Positions 20,159 to 30,875 of a DNA stretch of 64,000 nt are shown in pieces (the first letter of the stretch is position 1; every line of letters starts with the position of its first letter). This stretch comes from a virus (Duplodnaviria; Heunggongvirae; Uroviricota; Caudoviricetes): the IMG/VR virus record IMGVR_UViG_3300035515_000158; one strand, written 5' to 3'. A model generated the notes under the pieces. It had not been told where the DNA came from, searched no databases, and was given only the letters and a program-made list of their open reading frames with translations. The position numbers and the translations under genes were made by a program.

Positions 20159-21340
20159 CAAGTTTTTTATATCCTTCTCTCTTAAAATAATAACATGATT
20201 TTTTAACATACATTGATGTTTAGCTTCTGAAAGTCCATCATTATATTCAGTCCGACTATAAGGATTTACCATTTTATCACCATCAAAGAAATGATCACCT
20301 TTGACTTCATATATTTGACCATTGATTAAAAAGTCCGGTTGATAAATGTGAGTTTTCCCTTCAAATTCATATTCAAAATGTTGTTCAGGTTGATAAATAT
20401 AGTCAATGTGATTTTCAAAACAAAACTCAGCCACCTTTCTTTCCCAAGTTGAATCAAAAGTTTCATTCGTCACATCACTGAAAAATTTATGTTTCTTTGT
20501 TTTATGATATTGATAAGACTTGGCATAATTTTCAACTCCATATCTTTCTATCATAGTTTGTTTTGATTTTTCATGAACATCAGCATTTTGGAGAGCAGAT
20601 ACAGTACCATATTTTTCAAGGTTAGTCTGCTTTTGTTTATCTTTGAAATCATCTAACTGTATTGGAAACTCAGTACCGTATTTTTCAAGATTAGTTTGTC
20701 TTGCTTTTTGTTTGATGTCACTGGATTGTAGAGGACTTTCAACGCCATGATTTTTAAGACAGGTTTGTTTCTTTATTCTCTTTATATCACTCGATTGACT
20801 TGGATTCTCACAACCATATTTGTCAAAAAATGTCTTTATCTTTTTGTTTTGTATTTCTTCAACCTGTGATGGGTTTTCTTGACCATAATTTTCGAGATAT
20901 GTCTGAACTCTTTTCTCTTTGAAGTCATCAGTCTGAACATAGTAATCTTTCCCATATCTTTCATTACAGGTTTCTTTACATTTTTCAATAAACTCATCCG
21001 TCTTAGCATAACTATCTTTCCCATATCTTTTTAACATGGTTTCCTTAGCTAACTTTCTACTTAACATTGAACCACAGGAAACAGAACAAGTTTTACAATA
21101 TCCGGTAGTAAAACTCTTAAACTTACATCTTTTACCACAAACCGGACATAAACCTAACTGTAAATCAATGTCATCATGGAAATAGTGATATAGTTTCTGA
21201 GCCCACTTAAAATCATCAGGAAAAAACCATGACATCACATCATCATATAAATCAGGATATTTATTTGAAAAGTGATTTATTTCAATATTACCTCTTGGAA
21301 ATTTTATTATAGTTTGAAATACATCTTCTTTAACAGACAT
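20141..21340 (-). CDS. Putative homing endonuclease (PD-(D/E)XK C-terminus, KxTxLExYG repeats)
   Basis: FDSTWE...YQPDFLINGQIYEVKG; CPVCG and CSVSC Zn ligands. Confidence 0.8.
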   Translation of the reverse strand: MSVKEDVFQTIIKFPRGNIEINHFSNKYPDLYDDVMSWFFPDDFKWAQKLYHYFHDDIDLQLGLCPVCGKRCKFKSFTTGYCKTCSVSCGSMLSRKLAKETMLKRYGKDSYAKTDEFIEKCKETCNERYGKDYYVQTDDFKEKRVQTYLENYGQENPSQVEEIQNKKIKTFFDKYGCENPSQSSDIKRIKKQTCLKNHGVESPLQSSDIKQKARQTNLEKYGTEFPIQLDDFKDKQKQTNLEKYGTVSALQNADVHEKSKQTMIERYGVENYAKSYQYHKTKKHKFFSDVTNETFDSTWERKVAEFCFENHIDYIYQPEQHFEYEFEGKTHIYQPDFLINGQIYEVKGDHFFDGDKMVNPYSRTEYNDGLSEAKHQCMLKNHVIILREKDIKNLKEVIK

Positions 21341-21394
21341 TTATAGTAATTATTATATATAAAGGAGTGATCAAAATGACCACTCCTCCAATGT

Positions 21395-22222
21395 TTATTT
21401 CTTTCCTTTGAATAGGACTTTATCTATAATTTTGTCATCAATTTTAGGAATGTGGTATAGTTCATATTTTCCATCATCCTTTAACCATATCAGTTGTCGG
21501 TCTATAATTTTAACACCAATACTTTCCAACATTCTTTGATACAAGTTAAATTGAAGGGTGTAGTGACTCATCGGCTCATTAATCATATTGTTAAATGGAT
21601 AAGTCATAAAGTCACCAAATCGACGGGCATAATCATTACGAAGGGACTTATTTGTTTTCCAGTCACCAATAACATACCCACTATCTTCATCAGGAAAAAC
21701 TTGATCATCACTGTGGAACAAAATATCACAAGTTCCACAAATTGGTCTTGCCCCCTTTATGTATTTTGTTGAAAGTCTAAACTCAGCTCCGATAGGTGTT
21801 AGTTTATTCAATTCATTCTTAGCATTGTCATCATAGAAATTTTTGATGGCTTCCTCTTTTGGGTATGTGGGAATAAGGACATTAAATTCCTCCACATATT
21901 GAGGTTTATTAGCAGGACAAATCAATTCAGGATGACCGGACATAAGATTGGTATAACTTTCTCCAAATTCATGCGTTCGTGTACCTGCGATAGTTGATTT
22001 AAGATTATTCAACTTCCAACTTTTACTTACATCTTCCGGTTTGAGTTTATATTTCTTAGCATATTGTACGGCTTTCTCATCCCAGTCAATAAAAGGTTCA
22101 TATTCTTTAATTACATGACTAACAGGTACATATTCCTGTTTGTTGATGAAATATTGGTGACTTTCTTCAATAAATTCAATATCACCAAATTTTTCTTCAA
22201 TATGTTTTTTTATATCTTCCAT
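21395..22222 (-). CDS. PD-(D/E)XK (Cas4/RecB-like) exonuclease
   Basis: GTRTHEFGE, AEFRL, ICGTCDIL, IGDWKTNK, YTLQFNLY. Confidence 0.85.
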   Translation of the reverse strand: MEDIKKHIEEKFGDIEFIEESHQYFINKQEYVPVSHVIKEYEPFIDWDEKAVQYAKKYKLKPEDVSKSWKLNNLKSTIAGTRTHEFGESYTNLMSGHPELICPANKPQYVEEFNVLIPTYPKEEAIKNFYDDNAKNELNKLTPIGAEFRLSTKYIKGARPICGTCDILFHSDDQVFPDEDSGYVIGDWKTNKSLRNDYARRFGDFMTYPFNNMINEPMSHYTLQFNLYQRMLESIGVKIIDRQLIWLKDDGKYELYHIPKIDDKIIDKVLFKGKK

Positions 22223-22241
22223 ATCTATTAATTTTACAAAA

Positions 22242-22273
22242 CAAAGTTACAAGATTTTTTTCTCTTTACCAAA
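22242..22273 (-). promoter_or_regulatory. Bacteroidota-type housekeeping promoter (-33 TTTG, 20-nt spacer, -7 TAACTTTG)
   Basis: CAAA at 22270-22273 and CAAAGTTA at 22242-22249 on +, 20 nt upstream of the ATG. Confidence 0.6.
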
Positions 22274-22286
22274 TTTCAAAAGTTAA

Positions 22287-22553
22287 TTAGTCTAAAATAC
22301 CTATAACCATTTCAGGAGTAATAACAACTAACTCATCTGAATCCACCTGAATATAAACACCCCCATAATCTTGAAAACAAATTCGTTGACCTATGGAATA
22401 TTCACAGTCCTCACCAATAGAATCAATCACACCACTATAAGGTTCAGGTATTTCTTGGAAAGACTCGGCTTTGTAATTCACGTCATTCATTTGGGAAAAA
22501 TCACTTGGATCCTTCTTAACTATTATGACATTATTAACTGCCTGTAATCGCAT
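22287..22553 (-). CDS. groES: GroES-like co-chaperonin
   Basis: LQAVNNVIIVK...GVIDSIGE...IGQRICF..YGG...MVIGIL; 88 aa. Confidence 0.75.
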   Translation of the reverse strand: MRLQAVNNVIIVKKDPSDFSQMNDVNYKAESFQEIPEPYSGVIDSIGEDCEYSIGQRICFQDYGGVYIQVDSDELVVITPEMVIGILD

Positions 22554-23583
22554 ATTCTTGTAACTTATTTTTTATTTCATCTCTAAGGTCATCATCTATT
22601 GAAACTTGGTCTAAAAAATCATCAATATATTCAGATGATGACTTAGCTTCTGATAACTCGATTTCTTTATTCTCCAAGATGCCCTGTGTAGTTGATTCAC
22701 CGATAAGTTTGAACTCCTTATATGTTCCCAAAAGGGTTTCTCTAAGTTTATCCAATTTACAGTTCATCAAGTCATCATTTTTTACAATCACATCCACAAA
22801 GTTATTCTTCCACCGTTCCTTTAACTCAGCAACAGTTTGGTCAAGAATGTCATATACAGACTCTTTGATAAATCTTGGAGAGAATTTGTTTTCTATAAAT
22901 TTAGTGGCACCTGATTGAAGATGTAGTAGAGTGATACCTTTTTCATTTCCAATATCACCTCTATCTTTCATATAAGGTGTACCAATATAATTTACATTTT
23001 GAATTTTTTGTCTAATGTGAATATGACCTGCATATACTCTGGCTGACTTAAAATCTTCCTCTTGAATTGTGGTACTGGTCTTTAACATATTACCTTTTGA
23101 ACTGGTCATACATCCACCAATTTCAAGATGACCAAAAACATAATCAACATTAAACCTTCTCAATATGTCTTTTTGTTCCTGAGCATTTTCATTCCAAGGT
23201 AAAAATAGGACACGTTTATCATCTATGGTTTCAACAGTCGGAGTGTAATATATATCAATATTCTTAATGTGTTTTAACATATCAACAGATGTAATTGAGG
23301 TATCTGTCTTTTTATATATGTCATGATTACCGATTACTATTTTTATCTTATTGAAAATGTTAGACAATCTTTCAAATATCTTTATTGTTGTTGAGATTGT
23401 ATTTAGACCAATAGTAGAACGGTTATCAAAAACATCACCACAATGAATAAGTATATCTTCAGGTTTGACCTTTTCTTCCATTAGGGGGAACAAGACCTTA
23501 TCAAAATAATCATATATGTCTTGCATCCAAATAGGGTTATCTCCCTTTAATCCAAAATGTGTATCTGATATTAACCAAATCAT
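22534..23583 (-). CDS. gp47: Mre11/SbcD-like recombination nuclease
   Basis: SDTHFG, HCGDVFDNR, IGNHD, FGHLE, AGHIH. Confidence 0.9.
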   Translation of the reverse strand: MIWLISDTHFGLKGDNPIWMQDIYDYFDKVLFPLMEEKVKPEDILIHCGDVFDNRSTIGLNTISTTIKIFERLSNIFNKIKIVIGNHDIYKKTDTSITSVDMLKHIKNIDIYYTPTVETIDDKRVLFLPWNENAQEQKDILRRFNVDYVFGHLEIGGCMTSSKGNMLKTSTTIQEEDFKSARVYAGHIHIRQKIQNVNYIGTPYMKDRGDIGNEKGITLLHLQSGATKFIENKFSPRFIKESVYDILDQTVAELKERWKNNFVDVIVKNDDLMNCKLDKLRETLLGTYKEFKLIGESTTQGILENKEIELSEAKSSSEYIDDFLDQVSIDDDLRDEIKNKLQEYAITGS

Positions 23584-23661
23584 AATTTTTTAATCTATTG
23601 TATATTAAACATAACAAAGGGAGGTTTTTGTTTCCTCCCTCTATGTTTTTTTGATTTGATT

Positions 23662-24474
23662 TTACCAGAGTCCCCACTCAGCTAAGGCTTCATAACCACC
23701 GATTTGATTAATATATTCCTGAGCAATTTGAACAATTTCACCATAGGGTCGGCCATCAACAAAATGATCACCAATAGCACATGAAAGTTCCTTAGTTTTA
23801 CCTGTACGTTGTGCCTCTAACCAGCAGTAAATGTTAATTGTCACATCTGATTTACTGATATCCTTACCATGAATACCACCACCAGTTACACTATGTCCCA
23901 TGTCACTACCAAGTTTACGATTAACCGCACCAGTATCTACATTTTGAGAACCAGTCCAATAACCAAGAGGATTAATGGTAATTGTGTATTGGGGGTAAGC
24001 CTTATGGAGATGTTCATACAACTTATCTGTATCTTCAAGATGACTTTGGCACACAATAAGTTCTTTATCCTTTTCATTGAGGACATATTTACCATCAGTA
24101 GGATAATCATTATAGATGTCCTGAGCAATGGTAGTCAATGTCATTTCTTCATCCGTCAAAGGAACACCCTTAAAAATACCATTATCACCACAACGATAAT
24201 CTACACTTTGATTCTCCGCCAAGTGTTCATCCTGTGGAACACAAATAAACTTCAACTCAATACCTTCGCCCGCGATACGATTTACGATAGGTTGTATATC
24301 ATCAACTGTGAGGTCAACTGATGACTCTGCGATAATTGTACAATGGCCATGACCAATTAGACCTTCTACTGCAATCTTAGGGTTTGTTTGTTTAGTGTAA
24401 CACAAATCAACAATGGCTCCGGCGATTCTATCCATAATCTTGTCCGGATGACTGGGATTTACTTTTTCTATCAT
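23662..24474 (-). CDS. metK: S-adenosylmethionine synthetase, short phage-type form
   Basis: EKVNPSHPDKIMDRIA, GDNG, DGK, INPLG, DTGAVNRKL, GGGIHGKDISKSD. Confidence 0.9.
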   Translation of the reverse strand: MIEKVNPSHPDKIMDRIAGAIVDLCYTKQTNPKIAVEGLIGHGHCTIIAESSVDLTVDDIQPIVNRIAGEGIELKFICVPQDEHLAENQSVDYRCGDNGIFKGVPLTDEEMTLTTIAQDIYNDYPTDGKYVLNEKDKELIVCQSHLEDTDKLYEHLHKAYPQYTITINPLGYWTGSQNVDTGAVNRKLGSDMGHSVTGGGIHGKDISKSDVTINIYCWLEAQRTGKTKELSCAIGDHFVDGRPYGEIVQIAQEYINQIGGYEALAEWGLW

Positions 24475-24557
24475 ATTATAAACTAAATTTAAATTTCAGA
24501 TTTATTATAAAAATAACAAAGTTAATCGTAATATCACAAAAATCACATAAATAAATT

Positions 24558-25190
24558 ATGATAAAAATTGGTATAGATTATAGTTTAATTAGTCCAGCTT
24601 TGTGTATTCATAAAGATGGAGAGTATAAATTCATTTCATTTTTTGATGATTATGGGAAAGATTGGAAAACATCTAAATTAAAGAAGTTTTTTTATCACAG
24701 AGAATTGTCAGATATAATGGAATTGATACCTTATACTCGTGAACTTGATAAAGAAAATTATAGGTCTGAACAAAAGACAAAAATGAAAAGTGCTAAGTTA
24801 ATTGCAGAACTTATTACCAACAGAATTAAAGAAGAAGTTGGTGATGATGAAGTAATTATTGGTATTGAAGGATTTAGTTATGGTTCTGTTTCATCTAATA
24901 CAATAGACCTATGTTTATACAATTCATTTCTTAGATTAAAACTCCTTGAAACATTTGGTGAAGAATGTATTGTTATTATTTCACCAACAGAAGGAAAGAA
25001 AACCTTATTTGGTAAAGGTAATGCTAAGAAAGATGACATGATTAACTCATTTATCAATAATAGATTAGAAGATAAAGAATTAGAAAATAATCCACTGTGG
25101 AAATATTGTGTTGAACATGATTTAGATTTTAATAATGTAAAACCTATTGATGATTTAGTGGATAGTTATGGAATATTAAAAAGTATATAA
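24558..25190 (+). CDS. RuvC-like (RNase H fold) resolvase/nuclease
   Basis: IGIDYSLISPA, IGIEGFSYG, PTEGKK..GKGNAKKDDM, DDLVDSY. Confidence 0.8.
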   Translation: MIKIGIDYSLISPALCIHKDGEYKFISFFDDYGKDWKTSKLKKFFYHRELSDIMELIPYTRELDKENYRSEQKTKMKSAKLIAELITNRIKEEVGDDEVIIGIEGFSYGSVSSNTIDLCLYNSFLRLKLLETFGEECIVIISPTEGKKTLFGKGNAKKDDMINSFINNRLEDKELENNPLWKYCVEHDLDFNNVKPIDDLVDSYGILKSI

Positions 25191-25193
25191 ATT

Positions 25194-26687
25194 ATGGGAC
25201 ATATATTAAACAGGGCAGATTTCTTAAAAGAATCATTGTGGAAAGGTGTGATTGACCGTTCTAAATCTGGTGAAGTGAGAAAAGAAGATATACTCGGTAA
25301 TCATAGTTTCACAGATGGTAATGGAACATTTCACAAACATGGTATAAAACCTGATGAATACCAACCTTATGACGCGATTACTAAGGTTGTATGGTGGCAT
25401 TTGGACAGAAAATCAATAAAAGATGTAATAGACCTAAATGTAATAGACACCAGTGAATTAACAAGTATGGTTGAGGTATTTTCATTAGCTTTCGCACGAT
25501 TAATGTGGCCAAAAGACTATGATAAAGAAGGTTATAGAGCTTTGACTGCGGAAGAAGTAGATGAACTCAAATTTGATTGTTCAGGTTGGCAATTAGATAA
25601 CATGAGGAATATAACTTTCAAAGGTCTATTCAAGGATATAAATATTGATAATTGGACAATACCTGAAGGATTAAAAATAAAATTTGGTGATTTCAAGGAC
25701 AGTTATTATGAAAACAATCCACCCAGTTGGTACAATTTCGATATAAAAGAATGGGTAGCCAGTGCTGTTTATGGTAGAGGAGCAGTAAGTCACAACAAAT
25801 ATGGTGTTGATAAAGTTAGAACCAAAGAATTAGGAAAGAAATGTTACTGGGTTAAATTTACAGAATCGTTCAGATGTAGAAATATTCCTGAGTGTGTATC
25901 TATTATTGATATCACAAATGAAAATAATCGACACGATAGAGTGTTTGCTGATTTAAGTGGTATTGAAACACTTAGAGGTTTACCTGAATCTGTAAAAAAA
26001 GAGAGTAAGGTATGTATTGAACTCTGTCTAAATGACCTTACAGATAAAGAACTTATACTACCGGAAGGTATTGACCAACTTTCTATTAAAGAATCTGATA
26101 ATGTTGATTTATTACCTACTGTTCTACCATACTCAATTTCTTTAGTTAACTCTAAACAACTTGGTCATGTTACTGAAGTTAATGGTTGGTTTAATTGTGG
26201 AAATTCAGGTATAACATCTTTGAAGGGTTGTCCTAAAAAAGTAACTGGTCATTTTGATTGTCATAACTCAAAATTGACTGATTTAGTAGGAGCTCCTGAA
26301 TATGTTGGTAGTGACTTTAGTTGTTCAAACATGGGTTCTATCAAATCACTAAAAGGTTGTCCTAAATATGTTGGTGGTGACTTTAATTTCTATTCAACAG
26401 GAGTAACAGATATAGATGATTTTCCTGAAGAAATAGGAGGTGGCGTTTATCTATCCGGTTGTTGTCACCTAAATAGTTTTGTTGGAATACCAGAAGGTGT
26501 AATAAAAGGTAATTTAGACATCGGTTATTGTAATGTTAAATCGTTAGAAGGACTACCTGCAAGTATTGGAGGTTATTACTTTATAAAAAATTTAACATTG
26601 AATGGTAAAGCCGTATCAAAAAATGATTTCTTGGAAATGTGTCCGCACATCAACCCAGAAAAAGTAAAAAATTCAAAATATGATTAA
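25194..26687 (+). CDS. LRR-like array protein, copy 1
   Basis: Leader LKESLWKGVIDRSK; DUF285-like DLNVIDTSELTSM; SLKGCPKxVGGDF repeats. Confidence 0.8.
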   Translation: MGHILNRADFLKESLWKGVIDRSKSGEVRKEDILGNHSFTDGNGTFHKHGIKPDEYQPYDAITKVVWWHLDRKSIKDVIDLNVIDTSELTSMVEVFSLAFARLMWPKDYDKEGYRALTAEEVDELKFDCSGWQLDNMRNITFKGLFKDINIDNWTIPEGLKIKFGDFKDSYYENNPPSWYNFDIKEWVASAVYGRGAVSHNKYGVDKVRTKELGKKCYWVKFTESFRCRNIPECVSIIDITNENNRHDRVFADLSGIETLRGLPESVKKESKVCIELCLNDLTDKELILPEGIDQLSIKESDNVDLLPTVLPYSISLVNSKQLGHVTEVNGWFNCGNSGITSLKGCPKKVTGHFDCHNSKLTDLVGAPEYVGSDFSCSNMGSIKSLKGCPKYVGGDFNFYSTGVTDIDDFPEEIGGGVYLSGCCHLNSFVGIPEGVIKGNLDIGYCNVKSLEGLPASIGGYYFIKNLTLNGKAVSKNDFLEMCPHINPEKVKNSKYD

Positions 26688-26723
26688 AAAAAAGGAGAGG
26701 AACAAAAAATTTCCTCTCCTTTT
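26688..26723. terminator. Bidirectional intrinsic terminator
   Basis: AAAGGAGAGGAA...TTCCTCTCCTTT. Confidence 0.75.
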
Positions 26724-26764
26724 AGTTTATAAAACATTAGTCACAAATATGTTTCTTCTTTCAA

Positions 26765-27625
26765 TTATGCGAAACGAACAGGGGTAAGAACCACATAGGT
26801 CTTCACATTGTCATCATCAAAGCTAACAAACTTGATTTTGTTAGAATGGAATTCAATGTTGTAGAACTTGTCACTGTCAATCCATTCAAAATATTGTTTG
26901 TTGAAACATCCAAGGTAGTTTTCCACACCTTCACTGGCGGTAAACTCATTGTGGATAAGTTTCTTGTCATACAACTTGTCGAATTTTTGGAAACCAACAA
27001 AGTCATTGTCTTGAATAAGGTCATTAACCGTACTACGAACATTTTCGTCGGTTGATTCAATCTCACTGACAACAATACTGTCACCATTTACAAGATTGAA
27101 GAATACACGAACCGAATCTTTATTCAAACCGAACAAACCACGAAGTTTCTTGAACTCGGTGTCTGTGATACTAACTGAACATTGAAGTTTAGATGTATCT
27201 TCAAAGATTGAGAATCGTGCGGTTTCAGGAATTTCAAGGAAGTCAACAGCTTCTTTATCAGCACAGTTAACAGTTACGTTCATTTCTGAGTTCTTAACAG
27301 TCAACTTCTTAGCATAGTTGTTGTCCTCAATATCAAACACCATGTCAACAGTATCTTCACCTACAAGAGTGAGGGTAGTGATAAGTTTAGTTGCATTTGA
27401 GAACTGAATCTTAACAGGTTCATCAAACGGATTAGTAAATTCATCACACATGGTTTCAATGTCAGCAGATACAGATTTAAGAGCTGACTTGTTACGGTTA
27501 TACGCGGTTGATTCAAACTTACTACCATTTAGGGTAACAAAAATGAGGTTATCCATAGAGGCACTTCGCTTAATCAAAGAGGCGAATTGTTTGGTTTTTA
27601 CACCTTTCAATGAGATTTTTTTCAT
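26765..27625 (-). CDS. Probable DNA polymerase sliding clamp (gp45/PCNA-like)
   Basis: 286 aa alternating alpha/beta pattern with two-domain repeat; C-terminal TYVVLTP; replication-class promoter. Confidence 0.5.
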   Translation of the reverse strand: MKKISLKGVKTKQFASLIKRSASMDNLIFVTLNGSKFESTAYNRNKSALKSVSADIETMCDEFTNPFDEPVKIQFSNATKLITTLTLVGEDTVDMVFDIEDNNYAKKLTVKNSEMNVTVNCADKEAVDFLEIPETARFSIFEDTSKLQCSVSITDTEFKKLRGLFGLNKDSVRVFFNLVNGDSIVVSEIESTDENVRSTVNDLIQDNDFVGFQKFDKLYDKKLIHNEFTASEGVENYLGCFNKQYFEWIDSDKFYNIEFHSNKIKFVSFDDDNVKTYVVLTPVRFA

Positions 27626-27751
27626 TATAAAACTATTAAAAATTTAAATTATCAATTACATTATAAAAATAACAAACTTGTGAAATTTTTGACTAACTTT
27701 CATCTTCAATTTCAACTACATCATAAATATAACAAAGAATGTTTTTTTTTG

Positions 27752-29251
27752 ATGAGACAAATTTTAAGACGTGATGAATTTCTAAAAGAGGCTCTGTGGA
27801 AAGGTGTCATTGACCGTTCTAAAAGTGACAAAGCAAGAGAGGAAGATGAGAACCACCACCATTTCACTGATGGTAATGGAAAATTTCACAAACATGGTAT
27901 TCTTGTAGAAGATAATATTGAACAAACTGTTCCTGATGTTATTGGTAAATATATTTTAGATCAACTTGAAAAAGGTAATTATGACATTGACCTTAATATT
28001 CTTGATATGAGTGAAGTAAAATCTATCCAAGATTTATTCCACAACATTAAAGTATATCTATTATATAAGAGTATTCCATTAGCCGACATTAATAAAATTA
28101 AGTTAGATTGTTCTGGATGGTTGTTAGATACTGTTCAACATCTTAGATATGCTTTCAATGGATTGTGGACTGACATTGGTATTGAAAATTGGAAATTCGC
28201 CACTGAAAAACAAATGGACTATACTACATTTAAAAATAGTTGTTATGAAGATAATTTACCCAGTTGGTATGAATTTAATCCAAAAGACTGGGCATCTACT
28301 TGTATAGACCATATAAGTAAATTTAGTTCCAGAATTGATAAAGTAAGAACCAAGGAATTAGGTAAGACTTGTTATCTCGTTAAATTTAAGGTAGGATTAA
28401 ATGACAATTTGACCATTGAACATATTCCTGATGTCATTACTATTGAAAAAATAATTGGAGAATATACAAATCGTGTTATAAATTGTCAAAATCTAAAATC
28501 ATTTGAGAGATTCCCCAAAGAATTTGATCCTTATTACAAGTTTATGTTAGAATTAACCCTTAAAAAATTTGATGAAGAAATCGTTCTACCCAAGGGATTA
28601 CATAAAATATTAATTAAGGACAAAAATGATGACATTACAAGATTACCAAAAGTATTAGATTGTGGTATTCATATATATCATTCAAATGTCCTTGTTCCAC
28701 ATTTTGAAGAAGTAAAAGGTGATTTTAAGGTCAATTTTTATGGTTCAGGTTCAACATCATTAGATGGGTTTCCTAAAGTTGTAGGTGGTGAAGTTGAATT
28801 ATCGAATTACAATGGTTCATCACTAAAAGATTGTCCGGAAAGTGTCGGTGGAGATTTTATTATAAGGAATTGTCCAAATATAGATAGCTTACAATATTGT
28901 CCAAAGTTTATAGGAAAAAGATTTGACATAACAAATACTCCTAAACTCAATAAATTTGATTTCTTCCCTGATGTGATAAAAGGAGATATATCATTTGAAG
29001 ACTTAAAACTTGATGACTTTGAAGGTTTACCTGACACATTAGATAATAAAATATATATGTTACGTATAGTGTGTAATAAATCATTCAAGGGTTTACCAAC
29101 TAAAACTACACAAGAAATTGAAGTTGATAATTTCCAATTAAATAATACATTTATACAACCAGAGGATCTTATTCCAAAATTGATAGAGGATAATCCGAAT
29201 GTTAACCCAGACCTATTTACTCATAAAATTAAAGCATATAATAACAAATGA
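27752..29251 (+). CDS. LRR-like array protein, copy 2 (start corrected to 27752)
   Basis: MRQILRRDEFLKEALWKGVIDRSK aligns with paralog starts; CATAAATA at 27722. Confidence 0.8.
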   Translation: MRQILRRDEFLKEALWKGVIDRSKSDKAREEDENHHHFTDGNGKFHKHGILVEDNIEQTVPDVIGKYILDQLEKGNYDIDLNILDMSEVKSIQDLFHNIKVYLLYKSIPLADINKIKLDCSGWLLDTVQHLRYAFNGLWTDIGIENWKFATEKQMDYTTFKNSCYEDNLPSWYEFNPKDWASTCIDHISKFSSRIDKVRTKELGKTCYLVKFKVGLNDNLTIEHIPDVITIEKIIGEYTNRVINCQNLKSFERFPKEFDPYYKFMLELTLKKFDEEIVLPKGLHKILIKDKNDDITRLPKVLDCGIHIYHSNVLVPHFEEVKGDFKVNFYGSGSTSLDGFPKVVGGEVELSNYNGSSLKDCPESVGGDFIIRNCPNIDSLQYCPKFIGKRFDITNTPKLNKFDFFPDVIKGDISFEDLKLDDFEGLPDTLDNKIYMLRIVCNKSFKGLPTKTTQEIEVDNFQLNNTFIQPEDLIPKLIEDNPNVNPDLFTHKIKAYNNK

Positions 29252-30747
29252 AACACATATTAGACAGAAAGTCTTACTTAAAAGAAGCTTTGTGGAAGGG
29301 AGTAATTGACCGTTCTAAGACTGATGAGGACAGAACTGAAGATGCACTTGGTCATCATCAATTTACTGATGCTAATGGTAAATTTCATAGGAATGGTATT
29401 TTAGTAGATAGTAATGATGTTGTTGGTGACATTGTAAAAGTGATTAAAAGATATGCGGGTAAACAAGATGTAATTGATTTAAATATTCTTGATTTTAGTG
29501 AAGTAAGACGAGTAAATGAAAGATTATTTAAGGATATATATGATGCATTAAAATTTGATGATGAATTTATGTCACTTGGTATTAAACCTGATGAATTGGG
29601 TTTGGATACTTCTGGTTGGGATTTGACATCATTATATAATTTAGGTCATATTTTAACAAACGTGACACATGATATTGGTGCTGATGGTTGGAAAGTAAAT
29701 GAAGAATGTGCATCTCAATGTACTGCTTTCAAATTCAGTTACTATGACTATCACAATCCTAAATGGTATAAGTTTGATATAAAACAATGGGTTCAATCAT
29801 GTTGTAATTCCACACAGTTACACACAGCAGACGCGAGATTCCAAGAGTATGGGATTGATGAAGCAAGAACAAAACAAGAAGGAAAAGATTGTTATTATGT
29901 AATTTTTAACACTGATTGTACTATTAATTTCATACCTGACAATGTAACAATAAGAACAATCACAAGTAAAAAGACAAAACGTGATGAAAAGAATATATAT
30001 GTTGATGTTGATATATCCGGATTAAAGACTCTCAAGAATTTTGCACAGTCATTTGATCCAAAAGAAAGAGTTATTCTACATATTGATTTGAATAATTTTG
30101 AAGATAATGAATTTATAGTTCCTGATGGTACAAATATAATAAAGGTTCCAAAAGAATCACCAATCGACAAACTACCAAAAGAATTAAATTGTTCATTCTC
30201 AATATCAACACCTAAACATCTCAATCATTTCACAAAAATAGATGGTGATTTGTTTTTCAGAAGTAAATACATGAACTCTCTACAAGGTTGTCCGGATGTT
30301 GTTACTGGTAAATTTTATGTTTGGAGTGCTCCCTTAAAAGATTTCAATGGTTGTCCAAAAGAAATTGGTGGAGATTTTATTATTAGTAGTGTTGATAAAT
30401 TACAATCTTTCAATGGTTGTCCTGCAAAAGTGGGAGGTAATATTGACTTATATGATGTAAAAATACCTTCATTTGATGGTTTACCGGAATGTAACTCTAT
30501 CATTTTATATAATAGTTCATTCACAGATTTCACAGGTTTCCCTGAAAAAGTAAACGGTGACTTGGTTATTAAAGATTGTTATATAGATACAATAAATGGA
30601 TTCCCAAAAGAAATTGGTGGTAAATTGAAAATCAGTCACGACACCAAATTAGATGGTAAAAATATGACACTTAAAGGAATACTTGGAAAAGTTAAATTAT
30701 CATCTATGAATGTTACATATAAAGACCATTATACAATTTTAGGATGA
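29248..30747 (+). CDS. LRR-like array protein, copy 3
   Basis: MKHILDRKSYLKEALWKGVIDRSK; GCPxxVGG repeats. Confidence 0.8.
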   Translation: MKHILDRKSYLKEALWKGVIDRSKTDEDRTEDALGHHQFTDANGKFHRNGILVDSNDVVGDIVKVIKRYAGKQDVIDLNILDFSEVRRVNERLFKDIYDALKFDDEFMSLGIKPDELGLDTSGWDLTSLYNLGHILTNVTHDIGADGWKVNEECASQCTAFKFSYYDYHNPKWYKFDIKQWVQSCCNSTQLHTADARFQEYGIDEARTKQEGKDCYYVIFNTDCTINFIPDNVTIRTITSKKTKRDEKNIYVDVDISGLKTLKNFAQSFDPKERVILHIDLNNFEDNEFIVPDGTNIIKVPKESPIDKLPKELNCSFSISTPKHLNHFTKIDGDLFFRSKYMNSLQGCPDVVTGKFYVWSAPLKDFNGCPKEIGGDFIISSVDKLQSFNGCPAKVGGNIDLYDVKIPSFDGLPECNSIILYNSSFTDFTGFPEKVNGDLVIKDCYIDTINGFPKEIGGKLKISHDTKLDGKNMTLKGILGKVKLSSMNVTYKDHYTILG

Positions 30748-30875
30748 AAAATCATATATTAAATAGAGAATCTTACTTAAAGGAAGCATTGTGGAAAGGT
30801 GTAATTGACCGTTCCAAGACTGGTAAGGCTCGAGAAGAAGATGTACCCGGTCATCATCATTTCACAGATGGTAAT

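Noticed and set aside
21395-22222. Cas4 as part of a CRISPR-Cas locus
   Set aside because: No other cas genes or array; stand-alone nucleases of this type are common in phages
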